The notes: generated by a model from the sequence alone, not told the origin. A DNA stretch of 64,000 nucleotides from Octopus bimaculoides (GCF_001194135.2 NC_068987.1:42100020-42164019); one strand, 5' to 3'. Numbered from the stretch's first letter, positions 37,255 through 51,107 are shown. Program-made: numbers and translations.

Positions 37255-40200
37255 ACCTTCATGATGACAAAATTCCCACAACTAGCTTACTGCAACCACT
37301 CCCAAGTACTCAGGGCCACTACTATCAATCTTGGCACAATAAAAGGAAATGTGGGGAGATTGTTGAAATGTTAGAGCGATGCGATACTGATGTATGTAAT
37401 ATACAAGAAGCAAGATGGAGGGAAGCCTCAGCTAGATTCCCCATGAGTAAGAGAGAGAGATTCCATTCTTCTGGGTCAGCAGGAATGATGGAGTGGGTGG
37501 AGTAGGCATACTGTTAGCAGAAAAGTGGGTAGATAAGGTAATTGAAGTAGTTAGAGAATGTGACAGGATAATTAAGATGAGACTTATCGGTAAATTAACA
37601 GTTACATCTATCTCTGCTTATACTCCTCAGTCTGGGCTGACTGATGAGCAGAAGAACCAATTCTATGAGATCCTTTTGCAGACCACCTCAACAACAAATG
37701 ACAGAGACTTTGTAACTATGGCTGGTGACTTCAATGGACATATTGGACAATGCTCCCATGGATTCCTAGAAATGAGGAGGGAACAAGACTGCTGAGTTCT
37801 GTGATGCAAATTATCTCATGATCTGCATCACTAACTTCAAAAACCAGCCAGCTACTTAATCACTTATCAATCTGGTGAACACATAAGCCAGATTGACTAC
37901 CTCCTCACCAGGCAACAAGATAGACAGATGCTTAAAAATGCAAAGTCTTTCCCAAGTGAAGAGTGTACAACCCAACATAGGTCACTAGTTAGTGACTTCA
38001 GAATTAGAGCTAGAAAGACTCAGAGAAATAAGCCAATCTGGAAAAGAAGACTATGGAAGCTCAAAGACCCAGCAAACAGACAAAAATTTAGAGATTTACT
38101 AATGGAAGCTTCTGACAAAAGAGAGGGAGAGTTGGGGACAATTAAGTTAGAGGACACCTAGAAGTTCTTGTGGAACAATCTACCGAGGGCTACGGATGAA
38201 ATCTGTGGTTCGTGCAGACTCCCAGCTACACCAAGGGTGACATGGAGGTAGAGCAAAAAGGTTGACAGTGTTATAGAAGCAAAAAGACAGGCCTGGAAAG
38301 ACTGGTAAAACAGTAGAAGCAGAGAATTATATCAGGTAGCCAAAGGGCAGTTAGGTATCAGGTATACTTAGCAAAAGGAGTAGCTGAAGGTAAGAGATTT
38401 GCATATGTCCTACAATGTGAGGATCAGAGGTGTAAGGTGTTCAGGATTGCAAAGCAGTGTGTCAGAGTGAATAGAGGTGTAGTAGGTGAGAAATGTATAC
38501 AAATGGATAATGGTACGCTTGCACTTAGTGAAAGATGCATGGAAGTGTCACTATGAAAAGTTACTTAACATGGAAAATGAATAGAAGGAGAGTTTACCAA
38601 ATATCAAACCAATAGAGGGACCAGGCATCAGAGTTGATAGCAACATAATAGATAAGGCAGAAGACAGGGAAAGCCCCTGGGCCATCAGGAATCACGGCCA
38701 AGATGATTGAAATTTCCAGTGGCGTAGGATACAGCTTAGTCACCAGTATAGTTAATCAGGTTATTCAGAAAGGTACCATCCCCAGTGACTGGTGTAGTAG
38801 CACTATAGTTAGCTGCTACAAGGGTAAAGGTAATACTTTAGATAGAAACTACAAAGGTATTAAACTGCTAGACAAAGTCATGAAAATTACTGAGAGGATT
38901 ATAGCTCAATTGATTAGAAACAGAATTAAACTAGATGAGATGCAGTTTGGTTTTGTACCTGGGAAGAACACCACAGACGCCATCTTCCTAGTGAGACAGC
39001 CACAGGAAAAGTACTTGGCCAAAAGTAAGCCACTGTACTTAGCCTTTGTCGACCTGGAGAAAACTTTCGACAGAGTTCCTTGCTCTGTTATATGGTGGTC
39101 TCTAAGGAAGTTAGGAATGATGAGTAGCTTGTTAGAGCTGTTCAAGCCATGTACAGTGGTGCTATCAGGAAGGTGAGAGTCGGCCATGAATACACTGATG
39201 AATTTAGCGTTCAGGTAGGGGTTTACTAGGGTTCAGTTCTCAGCCCATTCTTATTCATTCTAATCCTCCAGGCCATAACAGAGGAAATCAAAACTGGATA
39301 CCTGTGGGAACTGCTACATGCTGATGACCTTGCTCTTACTGCAGAATCTTTAGCAGAATTGGAGAAGAAAATCCAGATATGGAAACAAAACCTGGAATCA
39401 AAGGCCCTTAAAGTTAACCTAGCTAAGACAAAAGTGGCTGTTAGTAAGAAAGAAATAAAACTTTCTTTCCATCACGTAAATGGCCCTGCTCCATATGTAG
39501 GAAAGGAGTTGGAAGAAATTCCATTCTCTGCACCCAGTGTCAACTATGGACACATAAGAGGTGCAGTTGTATCACAGGTAGATTAACAGATAAAGTAGTC
39601 TTTGTATGTGGCAGATGTGCAGGAACAACAAGCATTAAGAGCACATGGGAATTAGATTCTCTCAAATGCCTAGGAGGCTCTCTTGAGGTTGTAGATAGTT
39701 TCTGTTACCTTGGTGACCAAATTAGCAATGGTGGACGATGCTCCGAAAGTATTGCTTCTAGAATAAGAATTGGGTGGAGGAAATTCAGAGAGCTATTACC
39801 TTTGTTGGCAACAAAAGGAATCTCTCTCAGAGTGAAAGGTAGACTATATGATACTTGTGTATGAACAGCTATACTCCATGGTAGTGAGACATGGGCTCTG
39901 AATGCAGAAGACATGCGTAGACTGGAGAGAAACGAAGATAGTATGCTCCAATGGATGTGCAACATCAGTGCACATGGACAGCAAAGTGCAAATGTACTGA
40001 GAGAAAAGTTGGGCATAAGGGGAATCAAATGTAGCATGCAAGAGAGAAGACTATGTTGGTTTGGACATGTGATGTATATGAATGGGGATAGCTGCATAAA
40101 GAAGTGTTGATCACTGAAAGTGGAAGAGGGAGACCCTGAGAGACATGGGATGAAGTGGTAAGGACTGATTGCAGGAAGTTGAGCCTCACAGAGTAAATGA

Positions 40201-41553
40201 CAATGGACCAAGATGTCACAGGATTTGAAGTTCTTGAGAAGACTTACCCGCATCAGCGAAACTGAATTCTAGAAGTGCTGTGTCCCCCATCCACACTTAA
40301 CAAGAAAACTTCTCAAACACTATCACTACAAACCAAACTACGTCTCTACATCTCTTCTCTTCCTCACATTTCCGCTTTATGTACTATGATTACCTTCCAC
40401 TCCCCAATCCTGTCCTCTTGGCCCTGTGCCACTGTATCATTGCTCTCCGCTTGCCCCAACCTATGTGTTCTACTCACATGCCCTGTCTCACTCTAATATT
40501 GCTATCTGCTAGCCCCCGACCTGCACGTTTCACCCACACATAAGAAAACTTTTCCCTCACCCTACTGCAACAAACCAATCTACATCTCTTTCTCATATTT
40601 CCTTCTTCATACACTATGCCTAGCTCTCACTCCCCAATCCTGTCCTCACACTCCTGCTCCTCTGTATCATTGCTACTGAGTAACCCTTCCAACTTTATAT
40701 ATACCCAGGTCTTCCACCATTTACTCGCACTCTTTAATCATATTCCCTTCACAATATCCTGTCACTCATAGTATGGCATTTGAACCTCCAGGATATGCCC
40801 TGGCACTTGCCACCATCTATATTTCTCTCTTCCTTTACTCAACCATCTCATATATTGATCCCCATTCCTTGTGAGTATGCCTGGCATTCTGCCACCATCT
40901 CTATCCTGCTGTCTCCCACTCTCTCTCCTGCACTTCCCTCAGGTTGGGTAAGTGTGTATTTCTTTTGTAGTAATACAACTGCTTCTGTCTTCATTCCTGA
41001 TCTGTCTCTCTCCAGCCAAGTAACTTCATACTTCCTCTACAGCAAGACACTTGTATCTATCTCATTATAACCTTTTCATCATCACCTCCTCCAATGCCTC
41101 CTCCCCTCTTAAATTTTTTTTTGATGTCTTAAAAGTACTTGGTGATCCTGTCAGTGCAGGTACCATTTAAAAGCACCCAGTCCACACTATAAAGTGGTTG
41201 GCGTTCGGAAGGGCATCCAAGTCTAAAAACCTAGCCAAAACTGACCTCGCCTGTGCTTATGCCACATAAAAAGCACTACTCACCTCATCTGTGTTTGTGC
41301 CACATAAAAAGCACAACTCACCTCGCCTGTGTTTGTGCTATGTAAAAAGCACTACTCACCACGCCTGTGTATGTACCACATAAAAAGCACTAAGTCCACT
41401 AGGTTGAGTGGTTGGTATTAGGAAGGGCATCTAGCTGTAAAAATCCTGCCAAAACAGTCACAGAAGTTTGGTGCAGGCTTCAATCTGGCTGGCTCTTGTG
41501 GTGCCCTACCCATGCTAGCATGGAAGACGGACATTAAACGATGATGATGATGA
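37255..41553 (+). mobile_element. Near full-length decayed RTE LINE (EN-RT-PHD, about 1.3-kb pyrimidine-rich 3' UTR, (GAT)n tail)
   Basis: N-terminal TINLGT..QEARW, AGDFNGH, RT motifs and C4HC3 at 39487-39618. Ends AAACGATGATGATGATGA. Many stops and frameshifts. Confidence 0.92.
41244..41395. repeat. 38-bp minisatellite x4 in the RTE 3' UTR
   Basis: Unit is approximately ACCTCGCCTGTGTTTGTGCCACATAAAAAGCACTACTC. Confidence 0.85.
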
Positions 41554-41668
41554 AAGGAGACACATGGCTACTCCACATTATATAAGAGTGTGTATGACAT
41601 CGTTATTAAAGATTATTCTAAACAACAAAGCAATGTTAATAAAGAAGGGGATACTAAAGGTTACATAC

Positions 41669-41742
41669 CTTTAAGGTGAGGAACTCTTCTTGTTCATTTT
41701 GTAGGTCCTTTAACTTTGTAGAAGATACTTTATATTTGTTTT
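41669..41742 (-). CDS. TPR: TPR exon 3 (74 nt): (E)NKYKVSSTKLKDLQNEQEEFLTLK
   Basis: cttttag acceptor and GTATGT donor. Phase 1-0 bridges exons 2 and 4. Coiled-coil composition. Confidence 0.85.
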
Positions 41743-43379
41743 CTAAAAGAAGTCAGAGAAACATGTCAAGATCAAAATCCAGTGCATCACATGAAACTAA
41801 GTAAACATGCTACCTCATGAAATTTCAACCTCCCACTGATAGCAGAATATTGTGAAAATAGTGATTTCTGATTCATGTAATAAGTATATAATAGATGTTT
41901 AGTCAGTAGAGGTAAAATGACCAAAGTAAGGATTTGAACAACATGTTCATAGTATTAGAGTTAATACACAGCAAGTGTATATCTGTATCATAAATATAGT
42001 TGATTCAACATAGGAGGAAAGGCACAAACTCTGTGAATGCTATCTACAACAGAGTGGTACTGTATACAGAACATTCACCTAATACAAAACAGTTTAGAGT
42101 TTTAAGAAATCCTTTGTAAAAATAGCAACAAATACTAAGAATTTTAATTATCAACAGACTAAGGCCAAATGTGTGATGCTGTCACATGGTTAGTTGAAGG
42201 GAGAAGCGAAAAGAGAGTGATGAATAGTAAGAGAAAGAGATTGCTATTTTGGTTAAATATTTAGTTGAAGAGAGACAGAGAGAGAGAGAGTTTACTGAAT
42301 GGAATGTGAAAGTGGAAAATACTATAATAGTTAACAAGCATACACACTATTGTCAATGACTGAGATTTCTACAGGTCCACTTACAGCATATTGAGATTTG
42401 TTAAAGCACAACCAAATTAGTCACACCATAACACAATAATCATCATTTGACATTCATTTTCCATGCTGGCATATAAATGTCTGATTTCATTTTATATTTT
42501 AAAATCTTTAAAGCATTTGCTCTGCAGATTATTCATTCAACACATTTTCAATAATTTTGATTGAACTGTCACAATGGAAAGGAGAATAGAAGTGAACCAG
42601 TATTTTCTCATGGACAATTAAATGTACAGCTTTCGAGAGCACTTTCACTTCTTGAAAGGCTATAAGGATATTAGATAATAATGTAAAGATAAAAATAATA
42701 ATAGATAACTAGAAGAGGTGATAAGTGTTTAACAATGAATAATTTTCTCTACAACTACACCTTCAATACTTCCTATGTGGATGTTACAGCAATTCAAGAT
42801 AGAAAAACTACAAGTTATGTATTTCATGGGTCTCTTAAAACCTCAACAATCTTATAATTTTTTCAAATAACCATATTGAGATTGTTAACACTTTATCATA
42901 GATATCTTTAATTTTGTTCTATACTTAAGATTGTTTTTTCTGGATGTAAAGTGAAAAATAATAAATAACATCACCTAAAGTAGATATAAGAATATAGCTT
43001 TAAGAGATGTTTCATCAATACAACATTTGTGGACTTTTGCACCATTAAATATTTAAGAAAAATATACAACTCCATCTTAGAATTTTCAAAATAACCATGC
43101 AAGTTCCACAAGTATTGTTAGTTTAATTATTGTTGTTATTATTACATCACAATAGGGTGCTAGTAAGTTCTCAGGAATGTTATCAACAAATGTACCATTG
43201 AAGAGCTAATCTTTTAACTAAAAAAACCTGTTGTCTGGTTTTGACATGAAATTGAATCAAACTTTACAGCTAGCCTTAAGGAAACCAAAATTGTAGTTAG
43301 CAAAAAAGTGGATAAAACATTCTTTCTATCAGGGAAATAGTTCCACTCATTATGTTGCAAAGGTGTTGGAAGGAATTCC

Positions 43380-44680
43380 ATTCACTGCACCCAATTTAAG
43401 CTATGGACACATAAAAGATGCAGTGGAATCAAAGGTAAGTTAACAGAGAAAATAGTCTTTGAATGTGACGTATGTGTAGGAATAAAAAACACTAACAACA
43501 CATAGGAATTGGGTTTTCCCAAATGCTAAGAAGGTTCCCTCAAGGTTGTAGATACTTTCTGATACCTAGGTGACAAAATTAGCAGTGGAGGAGAATGTTC
43601 TGAAAATATTGTTGCTAGAATAAGAATAGGATGGAGAAACTTCACAACAAAAGGCCTCTCTCCCTCTCAGAGTGAAAGGCAGATTGTATGATCCTTGTGT
43701 ACAAACAGCTATGTTCTGTGGTAGAGCCCTGAATGTAGAGGGCATGCAAAGACTGGAAGGGAATGAAATTATTATGCTATGATGGATGTGCATCATCAGT
43801 TTGTATGTGCAACAAAGCACAAATGTGTTAAGAGAAAAGTTGGATGTAAGAGGAATCAGATACAGACAGCAAGAGTGAAAACTATGATGCATATGAATGA
43901 AGACAGTTGAATAAAATAAATGCCAATAGCTTAAAGTGGAGGAAACCAAGGAAGACATGAGATGTAGTGAGGGCCAATCTCAAGATGTTGAGCCTCATGG
44001 AGATGACAATGGATCGAGATGTCTGGCAATATGAGGTTCTTGAGAAGACCTGCCTGCTTCAATAAGTCTTAGAAGCACATTACATTAATTCACCTCTTCC
44101 CCAATGAACCAAACTACATCTCATGCACTATACTTGTCTCCCCACACTGCTCTTGCAGCCCAATCCACTTTGTCATCTGTCTCTCCTGTTCTTCCCCAGC
44201 CAATGTATTACTGCTAACTTGTCACTCCCCAAGACACCCATGTTCACCACTCAATGTATTCCCTTTCCCCTTCCTTCTCCTCTCCTTTGGCATCCTCATG
44301 AACTCCCTGCTCACTCACCCTGTCCAATCCTTTGTACCACTCCACTTACATGCACCTCCTTGCACCCACCATCTTCCCTCCCTCTCTCTCTAACTGAGGG
44401 AGCCATGTATCTCCCCTGCCTCAAGACACCTGTTTCTGTCACTCTATCTTAGTTCAACCTCTCAACACTGGTACAAAGCCACCTCTCTCAATACTACTCC
44501 CCATCTCAGTTAAGGGGTCTTTGTTTTCTAAGTTACTTGATGACCTCACTAGTGCTGGTGTCATGTAAAAAGCACTTGCTCCAATCTGTAAAATAGTTAG
44601 CATTAATAAGGGCACCCAACTCTTGCACACACCTGTTGCATCATGCCCAACTTTTTTCTCAAGATGCTCACACACTGACA
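43380..44680 (+). mobile_element. RTE LINE 3' fragment
   Basis: LKVVDTF*YLGD and RIRIGWRNF, followed by the pyrimidine-rich 3' UTR. Confidence 0.85.
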
Positions 44681-44689
44681 TTGCACACC

Positions 44690-45880
44690 CAGCTCAGCAT
44701 CCTAGCTTCATTTCTTTCAAGCCTATGATGTCCTCTGTGGTCACAGCCCATGTTTCACCGCCATGTAACATGACTGTGCACACAGGCATCATGCCTTTCA
44801 CTCTGAGGGAGAGACTCTTAGTTACCAGTAGAGGTAAGAGCTCTCTGAACTTTGCCCAGCCTATTCTTATTCTAGCAGCTACACTCTCAGAGCATTCATC
44901 TCTACTGCTGACTTGGTCACCTAGATAACAGAAGCTATTAACTACTTCTAGGTATACCCACTGGCATTTGATGAGGTCTATTTTCTGTACATTTCTGTTT
45001 ATTGTACCTGTGCACTTTCCACACACAAAAACTATTTTCCTTGTTAACCATCTGATATTGCTGTACCTCTTGTGTGTCCACAGCTTGGACCAAGTACATC
45101 TTGTGGAGTTTCTACTTATGCCTTTTCTACATATTGAGCAGAGCCATCTACCTAAAAGGATTTGTGATTTGTCTTTTTTCCTGCTTACTAAGACCCTTTG
45201 ATTTTAGACCTTGCTTCCACACCTGAAATTTCTTCTCTAGCTATAGTGATTCAGCTATAAGAACAAGGTCATCAGCATAGAGGAGCTCCCAGAGGTAGCC
45301 TGACTTAAATTCCTGTTATTGCCTGGAGGACTTTGATGAACAAGAGGGTGATGACTGATCCTTGTAAATCCCTACTTGTACTCTAAATTCATCACTATAC
45401 TAGTTGTCAACCCTCACCTTACTGACAGCTTCCCTATACTTGGCTTGTACAGCTCTCACCAATCACTCATCTATCTCTAGTTTCTACATTGACCACTAGA
45501 CAAGGGAATAGGGAACCTTGTCAAAGGCTTTCTCCATGTCAACAAAAGTCAGGTATAGGGATTTATTTTTGGTTAGATACTTCTTCTGAAGCTGCCTTAC
45601 CACAAATATAGCACCAGTGGTGCTTCTCCCTGGCATAAAACCAAACTGCATTTCATCTAGACTAATTCTCTTCTTAATTACTTGGGTTATGACCCTCTCC
45701 ATAACTTTCATCACCTAATACTGCACTTTGATACCTCTGTAATTATTTCTATCTAAGGCATCACCTTTACCTTTGTAGCAGTTGACTATGGTGCTGCTAC
45801 ACCAGTCATTGAGTATGACTGCCTTGTGAACAACCTGGTTAACTATATGGGTGATTAGGTCATAACCCTCACCACCAAAA
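44690..45880 (-). mobile_element. RTE LINE RT/PHD fragment
   Basis: MKVMERVI..DEMQFGFMPG..MEKAFDKVP and LEVVNSFCYLGDQ. Confidence 0.9.
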
Positions 45881-45974
45881 GACTTTTCCTTCTATATATT
45901 ACCTGTACATAAACTTAATACACTGTTTGTTTTTGTATTTCCTCTTTGTATTTTTATTTTTGCACAGCGCACAC

Positions 45975-45999
<25 letters not shown>

Positions 46000-46005
<6 letters not shown>

Positions 46006-47640
46006 TCTTATCATCATCATTTCATGTCCATGTTCTATGCCAACATGGGTTGAAAGGTTTAACAGGATCCAATGATGGGTCCAGGCACTGCATTATGCTC
46101 CAATGTCTGCTTAGGTATAGTTTCTATCGCTGGTTGCTCTTCCTAATGCCAACCACTTTACAGTATGTATCGGGTGTTTTCCTCATGCCACTAGCGCTAG
46201 TGGAGTCACCATGCAGCTTGCAAGCCGGGAGGAGAGGCTTTATGCTTGCAAATGAGGGTTAAAGTATGAAAGAAGTGGGTGGAGCAGAGTTGATTCCAGT
46301 TGTAGGGGAGCTACATGGCAACTCATATATAAGAGAGAAATGAATCAGTAGTAGCTGCAAAGAGAAAAGAGTGGATGCAGGGATAGGGATCGCCAATAGT
46401 GCCTCAACTGGGGAGGTAGAGGCATACAAGAAGAGAGGAGCAACAGGATATCATGATGATAGAGTTGACATGAAGTGAAAAGAGAGATGATGTGTTTGGG
46501 TAGGCTACAGGAGAAGGGAAGAAAGAGAGAGAGAATCAGGCCTAGTGCCTCAGGATAGAATTCATTAGTCCACAGAGGTGATGGAAGAGATCAATGTAAC
46601 GGAGGTGTAAAGGACCATATGAATGGATAAGGGAGTGTGATGTTGGATGAGGGGTTTGCTGCAGTAGGAGAGAGATAGAGAAGTGAAGAGGAGATTGGGT
46701 GAGCTGTCCATCTGCACACCTATGCAACATGTACACCAACAATGCATCCACAAGTCAGTTTGATCATGATGGGTGGGTATTATCAAGGATCGCATATCAC
46801 TAGACAGTGTCCTGAGGTTAGCCATTACCACTTCATCCATGTGTCTCCTTTGTCCACAAGCTTCAGCTACATTTAGTGATCAGCACTGCTTTATAAAGCA
46901 GTCCTCATCCAAATGTATCACATGTCTATGCCAGCACAGTCTTCTTTCTTGCACACTACATCTGATTCCTCTTATGCCCAGTTTTTCTCACAGCACATTT
47001 ACATTATGTTTTTATACACACTTAAACTGCACATCCATCAGATCACACTTGCTTCATTTCTTTCCAGTTTTCTCTGGTCGTCTGCATTCAAAGTCCACGT
47101 CTCACTACCATGCAGCATTGCAGTTCTAATGTAAGTATTATACAATCTGCAGTAAAAGATTTTTGTTGCCAGCAGCAGTAGTAGCTCCCAGAACTTTCGC
47201 CAACCCATTCTCATTCTGCTACTATACTTCCAGAGCAACCACTTCCCTTGCTGATAGCATCTCCCAGGTAACAAAAACTATCAATTACTTCTAGTGACCC
47301 ATCCAGGAATTCAAGGCATTCTGTTTCTGGTGATAGATGCTCCAGTGCATCTATCACACATGAAGCTTAGTTTCTCTGTTAGTCTGCTTGTGATTCCATT
47401 ACATCTCTTGAGTGTCCACAGCTTACATTAAGTACAATGTATGAAGTTTATACCTACTCCTTTTAAGCATATTAAGTAAGGCTATTTCCTTGAAAGCACA
47501 AGAGTCCTGTCTTCCAACTAACTAAACCTTTCATATTTGCTAAGTTTACCTTAAAACCTCTTGATTCTAGATCTAGGTTATATGTCTGGAATTTCCTAAC
47601 TCCCCTATAGATCCAGCTATGAGAACTAGATCATCAGTGT
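46000..47640 (-). mobile_element. RTE LINE 3' part with UTR and (GAT)n tail
   Basis: GWRKFWELL..RTAMLHGSETW. Tail ATCATCATC at about 46010. Confidence 0.82.
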
Positions 47641-48171
47641 ATAGGAGTTCCCATGGACCTGTCTATCAAATCCACTCACAAGGCTTTGGTCAGCCAGGGC
47701 TAGAGTTTTAGACACTTGCCCAAGGTGCCACACACAGGGATGGAACCTAGACCCATTAGGTTGGGAAGCAAACTTTTTACACCTCACCATCACACACACA
47801 CAGACACACAAACTCATACATTTCATTTGTTTCAGTCATTGAACAGCAATAATGATGGAACACCTCTTTGAAAGGATTAGTCCAACAAATTGACAAAGTG
47901 GTACCTATTCCACCAGTTGCTTTTTTGCTGAACTGCTAAGTTACAATAACAAAAACTAACATCAGTTCTCAAACAGTGGGAAGAACAAAGATGCACATGC
48001 ACACATACACAAATGTATACACACAGTTACTGAATTTATCCACAAGGCATTGGCTGAGGTTATAGAAGACACCTGCAGGCACCTTGCAGTGGAACTTGAA
48101 CCCAAAACCATATGGTTGGAAAGTGAACTTCTTTGTTACACAGACATGTCTGCACCTTTCTACACACACAT

Positions 48172-48182
<11 letters not shown>

Positions 48183-48236
<54 letters not shown>
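48183..48236. repeat. (TA)n microsatellite
   Basis: Long perfect AT run next to the RTE tail. Confidence 0.95.
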
Positions 48237-48238
<2 letters not shown>

Positions 48239-50565
48239 TCATCATCGTTTGACGTCCACTTTCCATGCTAGCATGGGTTGGACGATTTCACTGAGGACTG
48301 GCAAACCAGATGGCTGCACCAGGCTCCAATCTCATCCGGCAGAATTTCTACAGTTGGACGCCCTTCCTAACGCCAACCACTCCGAGAGTGTAGTGGGGGC
48401 TTTTACATGCCACTGGCATGAGGGCCAGTCCGGCGGTACTGGCAACGGCCATGCTCAAATGGTAATTTTTACGTGCCACCTGCACAGGAGTCAGTCCAGC
48501 GGCACNNNNNNNNNNNNNNNNNNNNNNNNNNNNNNNNNNNNNNNNNNNNNNNNNNNNNNNNNNNNNNNNNNNNNNNNNNNNNNNNNNNNNNNNNNNNNNN
48601 NNNNNNNNNNNNNNNNNNNNNNNNNNNNNNNNNNNNNNNTTTGCTCATGTGCCACCGGCACGGAGGCCAGACAGCTGCTCTTGCAGTGATCACACTCGGA
48701 TGGTACTGTTAGCGCTCCACTGGCATGGGTGCCAGTCATCTAATTTGGCTTAATTTCTATTTCATTTGCCCCAACAGGTCTTCGCAAGCAGAGTTTAGTG
48801 TCCAATGAAGGAAAGGTATGCATAAGTGGGCTGGCTACATTCCTGGCAGAGGCCTCGGATTATGGTCTCACTTGGCTTGCCAAGTCTTCTCATGCACAAC
48901 ATATTTCCAAAGGTCTCGGTCACAAGCCATTGCCTCGGTGAGGCCTAATGTTCGAAGGTCGCGCTTCACAACCGTATCCCAAGTCTTCCTGGGTCTACCT
49001 CTTCCACAGGTACCCTCAACCGCTAGGCTGTGGCACTTTTTCACACAGCTGTCCTCATCCATTCTGACCATACCAGCACAATCGTCTCTCTTGCACACCA
49101 CAACTGATGCTTCTTAGGTCTAACTTTGCTCTCAAGGTACTTACACACTGTCGAGTATGCACACTGACATTACACATCCATAGAAGCATACTGGCTTCAT
49201 TCCTTGCGAGCTTACACATGTCCTCAGCAGCCACGGTCCATGTTTCACTGCCATGTAGCATGGCTGTTTGTACACATGCGTCATACAGTCTGCCTTTTAC
49301 TCTGAGCGAGAGGCCCTTTGTCACCAGCAGAAGTAAGAGCTCTCTGAACTTTGCCCAGGTTATTCTTATTCTAGCAGCTACACTTTCAGCACACCCTCCC
49401 ATGCTACTGACTTGGTCCCCTAGGTAATGGAAGCTATCAATTACTTCTAGTTTTTCTCCCTGGAATGTGGTAGTAGAAGTTGTTCTCTGCACATTTTCAG
49501 TGTTTATTGCTCCTGAACATCTGCCACATACAAAAACTATCTTCCTAGTTGGCCTTCCTTTGGTATTGCTGCACCTCTTATGTGTCCATAGATTACACTG
49601 GGTACATCTTATAGAGTTTCTACCTATGCCTTTTCTACAGATCGAGCAGGGCCATTAACCAGAAGGGGTTTGTGGATTGTCTACCTTCCTACATGTGGAG
49701 GTGCAATGGCCCAGTGGTTAGGGCAGCAGACTCGCGGTCATAGGATCACGGTTTCGATTCCCAGACCTGGCGTTGTGAGTGTTTATTGAGCGAAAACACC
49801 TAAAGCTCCATGAGGCTCCAGCAGGGGATGGTGGCGAACCCTGCTGTACTCTTCCACCACAACTTTCTCTCACTCTTACTTCCTGTTTTTGTTGTGCCTG
49901 TAATTCAAAGGGTCAGCCTTGTCACACTGTCACGCTGAATATCCCCGAGAACTACGTTAAGGGTACACTTGTCTGTGGAGTGCTCAGCCACTTGCACGTT
50001 AATTTCACGAGCAGGCTGTTCCATTGATTGGATCAACTGGAACCCTCGACGTCGTAAGCGACGGAGTGCCAGCAACAACAACAACCTTCCTACTTATTAG
50101 TACCTTGGTTTTAGCTAGGCTGACTCTAAGGCCCTTCGATTCTAATCCTTGCTTCCACACCTGAAACTTCTCCTTTAGTTCTGATAGTGACTCAGCAATT
50201 AGTGCAATGTCATCAGCAGAGAGAAGCTCCCACGGGGCATCCTGCCTTGAATTCCTGTGTTATTGCCTAGAGGACTATGATAAATAGGAGGGGACTGAGG
50301 ACTAAACCTTGGTGGACACCTACCTCTACCCAGAATTCTTCACAGTACTCGTTGCCAACCCTCACCTTACTGACAGCGTCCCTGTACATGGCTTGCACAG
50401 CTCTCACTAACCATTCATCTATCCCTAGTTTCCTCATTGACCACGAGATAAGGGTTTGGGGGACCCTGTCAAAGGCTTTCTCCATGTCAACGAAAGCCAG
50501 GTACGGAGGTTTATCTTTGGATAGGTATTTCTTCTGCAGCTGTTTTACCAGAAATATAGCACATT
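48235..50565 (-). mobile_element. 5'-truncated, relatively young RTE LINE with complete 3' end (gap 48506-48639), interrupted by a SINE
   Basis: MEKAFDRVP, HQGLVLSPLLF, PHD, LEVIDSFHYLGD and GRGRPRKTW. 3' UTR runs to the GATGATGA tail. Confidence 0.93.
49693..50083 (+). mobile_element. Full-length tRNA-derived SINE with 10-bp TSD (ACCTTCCTAC)
   Basis: A-box TGGCCCAGTGG, B-box-like GTTTCGATTCC and (CAA)n tail. TSD at 49683-49692 and 50084-50093. Confidence 0.93.
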
Positions 50566-51107
50566 ACACATAAAGTGTTAGCAGGAAAGGAAATAGGATA
50601 CTATTGCCTCTTTGGAAAGCAGTCATACTCACTCAGCATTAAAGTAGTTACAAACGCTATATATTTTTCCAATGTTAACAGTGGATATACAAGAGACACA
50701 AAAGGATAGCAGAGAAGGCTGAATGAGAAGACTTCATACAAAATTGATGCACAGAAGTAGTTAACAATAGGAGCAACAATGACATATATTTTTTCAAATA
50801 CTCTAAAGGTTCCTAAAAAGTAGCAGATAGTTTCAATCATAGGACTGTGCCCATTCTGGGCACAACCATCAAAGATTGTCCATCACATCAACCCTTCCTT
50901 CCAATACTTATTAAAGTTTGGAACATGTTTTATCCAAGTACTAAACTCTTTTTTACCATAATTCATACACATAGGTATCATAATTAGACACAGACATTAT
51001 AACAGATGCAGGTATTATAATTAAAGACAATTACTAAAAAGCTTAAACATAAAGATAAGAAAAAATATCCTGGTTTATTCTACATGATGTCATTTAATAG
51101 AACTCAC

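Noticed and set aside
41244-41395. 38-bp repeats as a CRISPR-like array
   Set aside because: Units are head-to-tail without unique spacers, inside a eukaryotic LINE UTR, and there are no cas genes.
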